A stretch of DNA of 64,000 nucleotides from a virus. The notes below the pieces were generated by a model that did not search any database, was not told the origin of the DNA, and worked only from the letters and a program-made list of their open reading frames with translations. Of the stretch, positions 53,435-61,600 are shown one piece after another (positions within the stretch are counted from its first letter, which is position 1; the number at the start of each line of letters is the position of its first letter). The stretch lies in the IMG/VR virus record IMGVR_UViG_3300036766_000644, positions 112,685 to 176,684 of that record, one strand, 5' to 3'. Both the position numbers and the translations under genes were made by a program.

Positions 53435-53908
53435 TCAACGCATGTGGCGCTGAAGAGCGGCGTAGCTGTTGCGCCCGCGGTACGGCGGCGGCATCCCAGG
53501 AGCTCCTTGGGGCTGCTGCGACAGACCCGCCAAGACAGAGGGGCCCAGCAGCTGCGCCTTGACGTCAGCTTGCCCCTGCATTTGAGCTTTATGCTCCCCC
53601 GGCGTGAACGGCTGGGATCCAACGACTGGTTTTGTCGGCTCTTCCTTCCACGCCATCGTCTGCGGAGGCAGAGCGCTTACAGCGTGCGCCGGGTTCGGTA
53701 CCTGTCCCGCTGGAGCCGCTGGAGCCGCAGGCCTCGCAGCAGTCACCGGGGGGATCCGCGGGACCCCGTGCTGGTTCATTGCGAGAATTGCGAACTTTGT
53801 GAAGGCGTCGTTGACGCCGAGATCGTAGTAGTTACGCAATGGGGTTCCCCTGGAGGTCTTCGATGTTCGTGACGGTGAGGTCATACAGGAAGTTCGGCGT
53901 CTGCGCAC
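53435..53908 (-). CDS. Pro/Ala/Gln-rich protein (up to 157 aa; start uncertain), last gene of fibre operon
   Basis: The ORF overlaps the 3' end of the upstream 578-aa gene by 76 nt, so a later start is likely. Confidence 0.3.
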   Translation of the reverse strand: MRRRRTSCMTSPSRTSKTSRGTPLRNYYDLGVNDAFTKFAILAMNQHGVPRIPPVTAARPAAPAAPAGQVPNPAHAVSALPPQTMAWKEEPTKPVVGSQPFTPGEHKAQMQGQADVKAQLLGPSVLAGLSQQPQGAPGMPPPYRGRNSYAALQRHMR

Positions 53909-55568
53909 TCGTCGTCAGCATGACTTGTTGGGATGTCAGTGCCACGACCGCGGTGAGGGTGAGCCCTGGGATGCTGTAGTTCGTGAGGTTCAAAGCACCG
54001 TTCGCCGCCGCGGTCATAACCACCGCCTCGGAGAACGTGACCCGAACCTGCGTGTGCTTTGGCGAGGCAACCTGTAGGATCACAGGTAGCACCGTGTCCC
54101 CATTCGCCGCGAATTGTACGTAGGGCGTGGCGGCGCTCCCAGCGTTGAGCTTCTCCCCTGTGCTGCCGAGCAGCGTATGCGCGGCAATCGGTTCGTCCCA
54201 AACGGCGTCGGCGATGCCCAGGACGGTGAGGCTCGACGATGGCGCAGCCGGGAATACTGCGTAAATGCTCCCGGCGATTGGCAGGGGGGTACCCCAGGCA
54301 CGGTCCACGGTAGCGATCTTCGTCGTACCGTCGTACCCGGTGATGGAGCGAGACTGCCCCACGCCTGTGCCACTGGTGATCGCCACGAGACCGTTCTTGT
54401 AGAAGTCTGTGACCGCCGAAGCGCCAGCCCGCAGCTTAAGCTCCGTCGATGTAGCACCTGCCTGGGCCGCGCCGCTATCCTCAAGCTGGAGTGTTTGCCC
54501 GAAGGTACCGGTCGTTACGTGGCTGGTGAGCGTTGTGTCCCAGACCGCCGCCGCGATGCTCGCCGCGTCCGTCTCGATGTTGATGGCATCGACGGCGACC
54601 TTGGTGTCCGCCTCGAGCTTACCGAAGCTGCCCACAGCCACGTGGCTCGCCGCTACTTCGTCCCAGACAGCCGCAGCGACTACCGCCGCTGAGGGAGCAG
54701 ATCCGGAGGCAGCGGTGTTCACCAAGCCACCCATCGTTCCGCCACCGATGTTCCCGGCGGTAGCGGCGTCCCAGACCGCGTTTGCGATGGAGGCTGCGTC
54801 TGTCTCGACGTTGATGGCGTCTACGTTGTCGCTGATGATCTTCAGGCTGTCTGTGCCTGTGACGAAGCCAGCGCCTTTGATGTCTGTGAGCGCGGTGTTC
54901 GCAGTCGTAAGGTCAGTCTGTACCGCCGCTACCGCGTCGTAGACCTGCTCCACATCGTTACCGTCGCTAGTCCCAGCCGTGTCCCCGCGGATGCTTTCCT
55001 TGTAGAGGAGGGTCTTGCCGAACAGGGTTGCCTGTGCGGAGTTGTCCGCTGGAAGACCGATGGTTTCAACGTATTGGCCCTTCGTGCTCACTGCGCGATC
55101 TACAGCGTCGTCCCACACATCGTCAACCACCTGGGAGGTGGGTTCGTCGATGTAGACGTCCCGCGGACTGATGGTCCCTTTGATGTAACGAACTTCTTCG
55201 GTTGGAATAGAGGCCCCACCATCGACCTGGAAAACGATGTCCGCGTCGGTCTTGGTGAGCCAGATCCAATCGAAGTAGTAGCGGCCGTTGCTCTTCTCAA
55301 TGATTCCACCGACGGGGGCGGCTGGAGACGCCACGGTGAAACTTGGAGTCAACTGGAAGAACGTAAACGTTGGCGCTAGCCCGATGTCCGAGTTTCGGAA
55401 GTCCAGAAAATACCGTTTGGTGATCGGAAAGGGCATGGGGTCCACCAGGGGGGTAATGACGATTTCGAAAGCGTCGTATTCGATGTTGCTGATCTGACGT
55501 CCCAGGTCCAGCGGGTCAAGCCGGTACCCATCTTCCGCCGAGTAGTCGATGTTGTTCACGTCAGGCAT
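53832..55568 (-). CDS. tail fibre/needle protein with four internal AVWD-x(5-8)-H-x3-G-[ST]-FG repeats
   Basis: Repeats IANAVWDAATAGNIGGGTMGG, VAAAVWDEVAASHVAVGSFGKLEA, IAAAVWDTTLTSHVTTGTFGQTLQ and IADAVWDEPIAAHTLLGSTGEKLN. Repeated DAINxETDAASIA segments. Thr/Ala/Val-rich beta-like C-terminus. Confidence 0.55.
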   Translation of the reverse strand: MPDVNNIDYSAEDGYRLDPLDLGRQISNIEYDAFEIVITPLVDPMPFPITKRYFLDFRNSDIGLAPTFTFFQLTPSFTVASPAAPVGGIIEKSNGRYYFDWIWLTKTDADIVFQVDGGASIPTEEVRYIKGTISPRDVYIDEPTSQVVDDVWDDAVDRAVSTKGQYVETIGLPADNSAQATLFGKTLLYKESIRGDTAGTSDGNDVEQVYDAVAAVQTDLTTANTALTDIKGAGFVTGTDSLKIISDNVDAINVETDAASIANAVWDAATAGNIGGGTMGGLVNTAASGSAPSAAVVAAAVWDEVAASHVAVGSFGKLEADTKVAVDAINIETDAASIAAAVWDTTLTSHVTTGTFGQTLQLEDSGAAQAGATSTELKLRAGASAVTDFYKNGLVAITSGTGVGQSRSITGYDGTTKIATVDRAWGTPLPIAGSIYAVFPAAPSSSLTVLGIADAVWDEPIAAHTLLGSTGEKLNAGSAATPYVQFAANGDTVLPVILQVASPKHTQVRVTFSEAVVMTAAANGALNLTNYSIPGLTLTAVVALTSQQVMLTTSAQTPNFLYDLTVTNIEDLQGNPIA

Positions 55569-55583
55569 GGCGCTCCCTCAAGT

Positions 55584-56648
55584 TCAGTACAGGGGGACCG
55601 TGGTGTTGAAGGGAACAATCATGTTGCCCATGACGACACGTACTTGCGCAGCGGCGCTGGGAATGCTGGCTCCTACTGGAGCATCACCGATTTGCTGCAT
55701 GTCCGGCAGCATGCCTCTTCGCATGTGCTGCGGTGTCTTCTCGATGACGTTCAGGGGGATGGCGTTCCAGTTGGCCGTGCCAGCGTCGATTGGCTGGTTG
55801 CCGATGTTGGAGGTTCCGTCCGTGGACCACGTCGAAATCCCGCCGCCGGACTTCGGCGTGTCCCCAACACCGAAATTGGACCTCATCGCACAGAATGTGG
55901 CCGTGGTCATGACGGTGTAGTCCGGGCTGCCGCGTCCAGTGGCCGTAGAGCCGTTTAGCAGGGCGATGGGGAATAGATCCGCTACCGGGCCTCCAGTGGG
56001 CTTCCACATGCTGACGAAGTTGAAGAAGCATCCGAGTCCAACGCGAGAGCACTCGAAGTGGAACTCTCCGTTGTCCGCCGCCGTGTAGTGCCAGTAGTTG
56101 GTGCCCCCAAAGTTAGTGGAGTCACCCATAGATGCGTAGTTGCCCGCCTGCGTGGGCTCGAACCCCCCTTGACCAAGGCAGATTACACGCGAGTCGAGAG
56201 AAGCCGCCGGACACTGGTTGATTGTTCCTCCGGTCCATGTCCCGGATGGGGCAAGGTTGACAGCCCAGCTACCGGGGTTCACCCCAAAGTCGAGCAACAC
56301 CTCATACCCAAGGAAAACGAACTCGCAGAGCATCCAGTGGTGGTTGGTGCCCCCGGCTCCGCGAATGAAGTTGCCGGGGAAAGTTCCGCCGCCCCAGCGG
56401 TTGGTGCCCGCTACGCCAACTCCGGTGACGACGGCTGCCGCCGACCCGTTTGAACTACCGCGGCAGATGGCGATGGAGTTCGCATGCCGCGCCCCCGCCA
56501 AGGTGCCTGTCGTGTGGAGGTTGAGCATCCCCGCCGAGAGCGCCCACATGGCGAAGCTCTCCAGCCGGATCTGGGACGTGTTGTTCGCCCCGAATGGTCC
56601 GTTGGCGCGCGTGGAGTACGGTCGAGTCAATGCTGGTAGAGCAGCCAT
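55584..56648 (-). CDS. Gly/Asn/Thr-rich receptor-binding-like tail protein (354 aa)
   Basis: Composition typical of fibre tip domains, for example GTNYWHYTAADNG and GGGISTWSTDGTSNIGNQ. Confidence 0.45.
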   Translation of the reverse strand: MAALPALTRPYSTRANGPFGANNTSQIRLESFAMWALSAGMLNLHTTGTLAGARHANSIAICRGSSNGSAAAVVTGVGVAGTNRWGGGTFPGNFIRGAGGTNHHWMLCEFVFLGYEVLLDFGVNPGSWAVNLAPSGTWTGGTINQCPAASLDSRVICLGQGGFEPTQAGNYASMGDSTNFGGTNYWHYTAADNGEFHFECSRVGLGCFFNFVSMWKPTGGPVADLFPIALLNGSTATGRGSPDYTVMTTATFCAMRSNFGVGDTPKSGGGISTWSTDGTSNIGNQPIDAGTANWNAIPLNVIEKTPQHMRRGMLPDMQQIGDAPVGASIPSAAAQVRVVMGNMIVPFNTTVPLY

Positions 56649-56661
56649 GTGTTTTTCCCTC

Positions 56662-56799
56662 TTACTTGCCGCCAGGCGTTTGGACTGGTCGACTCACGTT
56701 TGCGTTGAAAACTCCAGTAAAGTCAGGGCGCGTACCCGGTGTAGTAGTCGTCGCGGGCTTCGGAACGATGGATACGAATGATGTGAACATGTCCGCCAT
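56662..56799 (-). CDS. small protein (45 aa) coupled between BNR protein and the 354-aa gene
   Basis: MADMFTSFVSIVPKPATTTTPGTRPDFTGVFNANVSRPVQTPGGK. Its ATG overlaps the upstream stop (TAATG). Confidence 0.3.
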   Translation of the reverse strand: MADMFTSFVSIVPKPATTTTPGTRPDFTGVFNANVSRPVQTPGGK

Positions 56800-58610
56800 T
56801 AGATCAACCCCGTTGCAGAGATGACCCACACTCGGCCATCGGTTCCAAGCACCCCGCCTACTACACCAACAGCATAGATTTTCTGAGTCGTTTCATCGAG
56901 CGCCACGTCGGTGACGACGCCGTCGACCAAGCCAACAGCCGTCCACTGCGCCGTGTTGTCGATGACCGTGCCGGTCGCCGCCCAGGAAGGTTCCGCGCTT
57001 CCCGAGGTTCCTCCGGTCGTGGCCTTGAAGTAGTAGCGGCTCCGAGCGAATTGGTGCTGTGCTCGAGGCTTCACTAGGGCGTTGAGGGCGTAGGCCTTGG
57101 ACGGGAACCAGTCGAGCACCGGTTTCCCGGAGACGGCGAGCTGCGCGAGTACTTTTCCTTCAGGGCTGAGAACCATCACACCGGCGTTGCCGGTAGCGGC
57201 GACGACGTTTCCGTTCGAGGCGACGACCGTCTGAAAGAAGTTGCTGCCTCCCGCGAGCGTCAAGGAGTCGACCAACTGCACGGGGAGGGAAGAGTTTACG
57301 TACTGGTAGATCGACAGTCGGTCGACGCACGACACGTAGAGCAAGGCGCCTGAGGCGTTCGTCGGGTCTACGGCCACGGTGATTGAGTTGACGCGGCTGG
57401 TGAGCTTGGTGTTGAGGAGCAGCGTCGGGGTCAGCGCATTCTCTTGGTACACCCGAAGGCGCTCAACGCCGCTCTCTGTGGAGGCGACGAAGATGAGCTT
57501 GGGCGTGAGGAAGTTCGCTACCGCGACGGCCCGAACACCAGTGATCCCGGAGAACACGGTAGCCGTCGTACGCGTAGACAGATTCACAACGACGAATTGT
57601 CCCGCGGTACCTGAGTTGTCAGCGTACTCGGCGACGTATCCGTGAGTCGGCGTTACCGCCAAGGAGACCGCGTACGACGTACCTGGGAGATCTGTAGCGA
57701 CATCGAGCACGGGAGTCAGCGAGTAGCTGACGAGGTCGTCGCCGTTGCCTGAGGGCCCCGCGGACGCGATGACCGAAAGCACCGTACCGACGGCTTCGAT
57801 CTTCGCAACAGCGTTGACTGCGTCCGAGGTCCCCTGCACAACGCCGTCAAGGTGAAAGAGGGTCGTATTGTCCGTCGAAAGAACGAGGGACCCTCGCAGG
57901 TTGTCGGTCAGCGTCGTGTTGTCAAACTTCGACGGTTCTCCGACGAAGTACGTGTTCGCAATCGTTGGGTGCTTGACGATGGACGTGAGCGGCCTTGTTC
58001 GCTGGAGCATGCTCACTTCGGTCAGAGTTTTCGTGCTGGAGCCCAGCTGTGCGATGGATGCGTGGACGCCGTCGTAGGGGACGACCTCCAACGCAGCCGT
58101 CGAGTTCACTTGTCCCGTGATGAGCGGGTAGGCGTTCCCCCAGGTCAGGCCGCCGTCTTCGCTGCGACGTCCGTAGACGCCCATGTTCTTGGCGGTCTTG
58201 TAGTAGAGCAGCAGCTTGGAGTTCTGCACCGCCGTCAAGTAGCTGAGTCGGGCGGCGGCGCCCTGGAACAAAATGGTGGGCCCGCTGATGAGCGCCGCGG
58301 TGAGCGGGTTGAACCGCGCGATGTACAACGTCCCGTTTCGAGAGTTGTCCAGCGCATCTCCGTCGTCCCAGACCACCACCAGGTGCCCTGACGTCGGGTC
58401 GTAGATGCAAGAGACGTTGTTGTAGAGGTCGAGACGGTCTGGGATGACTTCCGTGAAGTCACCGCTGGAGTGAGGCTTCCAGCGGATGCGCCTCGAGCGC
58501 CCCACAACGGGCGTCGCCCAGAAGACGTAGGTCACCCCCGACCGCAAGAACGAACTGAGCTCGAGCGGTTGGTCTTCTAGGGTGATCCCTGTGATGGGCG
58601 AGACAGCCAT
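56799..58610 (-). CDS. BNR/Asp-box (sialidase-like) beta-propeller tail protein, candidate glycosidase/depolymerase
   Basis: The canonical Asp-box SEDGGLTWG matches S-x-D-x-G-x-T-W. The N-terminal half reads VVVWDDGDALDNSRNGTLYIARF. The rest is Thr/Val/Ser-rich propeller-like sequence. Confidence 0.55.
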   Translation of the reverse strand: MAVSPITGITLEDQPLELSSFLRSGVTYVFWATPVVGRSRRIRWKPHSSGDFTEVIPDRLDLYNNVSCIYDPTSGHLVVVWDDGDALDNSRNGTLYIARFNPLTAALISGPTILFQGAAARLSYLTAVQNSKLLLYYKTAKNMGVYGRRSEDGGLTWGNAYPLITGQVNSTAALEVVPYDGVHASIAQLGSSTKTLTEVSMLQRTRPLTSIVKHPTIANTYFVGEPSKFDNTTLTDNLRGSLVLSTDNTTLFHLDGVVQGTSDAVNAVAKIEAVGTVLSVIASAGPSGNGDDLVSYSLTPVLDVATDLPGTSYAVSLAVTPTHGYVAEYADNSGTAGQFVVVNLSTRTTATVFSGITGVRAVAVANFLTPKLIFVASTESGVERLRVYQENALTPTLLLNTKLTSRVNSITVAVDPTNASGALLYVSCVDRLSIYQYVNSSLPVQLVDSLTLAGGSNFFQTVVASNGNVVAATGNAGVMVLSPEGKVLAQLAVSGKPVLDWFPSKAYALNALVKPRAQHQFARSRYYFKATTGGTSGSAEPSWAATGTVIDNTAQWTAVGLVDGVVTDVALDETTQKIYAVGVVGGVLGTDGRVWVISATGLI

Positions 58611-61600
58611 TAGGCGCGCAGTCCAATGACGAAGCGGGTCAACCGGAAACGGCGGTCACCGTAGATCTGGTAGGTCACAGGGCCAGCATCCGCGGTGAAG
58701 GAAACCGCCGCGCCTGTGTAGTGGTTCTTCACCGTGACCGACGTCGGACTTGTGTAGGTCTGGATCTCGTAGATTCCGTTGTTCAGCTGGGTGCCTGTGC
58801 CCGACACGATGTAGAGCAGGCGCCCTACGTCGTCGGGAGAGAAGCCCGACCCAGTGATGTCGCCGTTGCCACCAGCGATGACGCCATCTGCCCGCTGGAA
58901 CCCGGCTCCGATGTCTTCTGAGAAGAAGCGGAACGGCCCCATCTTGTCGTGGCAGAGGTCGCCCGATTGAATCGGGTAGACGCCTCCGCCGGGAGGGGTG
59001 TTGCCGGGGCGAACCAGTCGAGCGGTCTTTGTGCCTTCTGTGGTGGCTGAAGCGGTGTCGTACGCCGGACGCCGGATCTCCCAGGCTTGGTTGGTCCTCG
59101 ACGGCTGGAGCGATTCAACGAACGTGAGCGTGGTCAGCGAGTCGTTGATGGTGGCGAGCGTGAATTCTTTGTTGTCTGACAGGAAGACGAACTTGTCTGG
59201 CGACACCCCGCCAACGTTGATGCCTTCGTGGATGGAGAAGGTGCGCCCTGTTTCCGTAGGGGAGAACACCGTCGAACCAGTTCCCGACGGAGGTCCGACG
59301 GTGAGCTGCGTAGCGCTGGGGCGCGTGAGGATGCGGTAGTACCCGGCGTTCGTTCCGTTCTGAATCCGCAGGAATCGGCCGGGGGTGGCGAGCTGCGGGA
59401 ATGCAGACCCTGCGGAGTTGAACGTGTTGCCGCCGTTGATCGGGTTACCATCCGTCAGCGTAGGCCCGACTTGGAACCCGAGGAACTTGTTTCCTCCGGT
59501 GGTCAGCGTGAGCGTGTCGCCGTTTCCGCCGCCCAGGTTCGCGTTCCCGTTGAACCCCGCCACTCCGGTGAGGGCGTCGTTCGCTGCTTGGATGAAGTCG
59601 CCCCGGTTCACATGCGTGAACAGGAAGTCCGCGTTTACGTCGGGACGAGACTCATCCACCATCGTGTACTTGCTGGTCGCAAGGCGATTGCCCGCTGTGT
59701 CGTAGAACTCCCAGGTGGAGATCCCGTGGTCAGCGCGGCTCGCATCCGTGTCGAACCGGGGCATGGCGGTGAACTTCCAGTATCGCCCAGTCCGATCCGC
59801 TGACGTGAGATCGCTGAAGTCAGTGTAGGCCTTGAAATCTGAGAAGTCGTAGTTCTCTCGGCCCGCCGCGCTCATCCACGTCAGGTTACCCTTCACATCC
59901 GGAGGTGTCGCCTCCGAGCTGTAGGAGATCTTCTTCACCAGGTCCCAGGTCGGCTTGACGCAGAGCCAGCTCTGGTTCGTGACCGTAGCGTTGGGCGGCG
60001 TACGGAGTTGCAGCGTAGTCGGCGTCAGAAGGCGCTCGACGCACAGACGGTGGCCCCCGTTGCCGATGACGATTTGGTCTTCCTCACGAACAGCGTCGCG
60101 GATCTCGTAGGTCACTGTGGCGCCAGAGACGGTCCAGGTCTTGGCGGTTTGGTCGAGGTTGCGAATGGTGATTACTGAAGAGCTGTTGACGCTGATGACT
60201 CGGTAGGAGCCGATGTCGGCGCCAGCTCCCGCGGTGATCTTCAGGACTTGACCCAGGTGTGAGGCCAGGAACTGGGCGTTGGTGGTGTCCGTCAGAGTTG
60301 TGAGCCCGGAGGTAATTAGCCCGACAGCTGGGGTTGTTGGCGTGAGGGTGATGGGGCCAAGGAAGTCACCAGAGGTGAGCGCCGAGGTGTTGAACACGTT
60401 CAACGTGCAGTTGAAGTTCGCGGTTCCTGTCGTGCGAACGTTGGCCGTCGGGGTCACGTACCACGTACCGACGTACCCTGCCTGCGCCGCACCGGATGCG
60501 TTTGTCCAGCTGACCGACGTAGCGCTGTTGAACACCGTGATGAGGAAGGATCCGTTGTTGGCGGCGGTTGCCGCCCCAGTGATGACGATGTACTTGCCCA
60601 CGTCGCCAGCAACGAATTGCGCCGTGGAGCTGTTCAGCGTCATCGTTGGTGACGAGAACGCCAAGCCAGCGGTTCCGTTTCCGACACCTGACTTCGTGAG
60701 CGAACCAAGCGGAGTTCCTCCGGCGTCGTTCGCTTTGTAGATCGCCGCCCGCATACCGCTCGCAGTGTTTGCGTTGAGAACGCGCGCCTCCGAGGTGTAG
60801 CAGTGTCCTCGAAGGATGGCCGAGCCGATCTGCACGTCAGCCCCGAAGTCGACCATCAGTGAGTAGCCGCAGGTGGTGTCGGCGAGGGTTCCTCTCCAGC
60901 CGGTGTCCATTCCTTGGTTCGAGTAGGCGTTGCCATGGCCAACCAAGTTGTCCATGTACTTGCCAGTGATGCCGTCCATGATCTGCCGACCGTTGGCCAG
61001 TTCTGCACCGGGCAACGCCCTGTGGTGCACAAGAGCCGCGTCGTACTGCGCCGTCTGCCTAATGTGGTTCTCGAAGTACACCTTGGTCGCAAGGGTGCCG
61101 GGAACCGCGAGCGGATTCTCCACGCAGAACTTTCGGGGCTCGTCGTTCTCGTGCAGCCGTGTCTTGAAGTGGTAGGCCTCGTAGGTGAAGCCGGTGATGT
61201 CCTGCGTGTTGTCCTTGGCCACGCCGTCAGCCATGGTGAACGTCACGTCCTCGGGGCCCGCGTTTGATCCCGGCGAGCCGTAGTCCCAGACGGTGTAGGT
61301 CAGCGTGCCCACGGTTGCCAAGGCGGAGAAGGTCGCTCCCGACATGGTCTTGAGCGTGAGCTGCCCTGCGTTCACGAAGGTCGCCTTGTAGATGCCAGCG
61401 TCAGAGCCGGTCTCTACGCGGATGATTCGCCCAGTATCACCCGCCACGAACCCGGAGCCGTTGAAGACGTTGGATGCCGCGACCGTGGCGCCATCCGTCG
61501 CAGTGATGCGCGTTTGACCCATTCTCCCGAGGAACTCGTTGTTAGCAGGCGTAGCTCCGCCCTGGCGGTTGAACTGGATCTTAACGCCGTAAAGCAGGTC

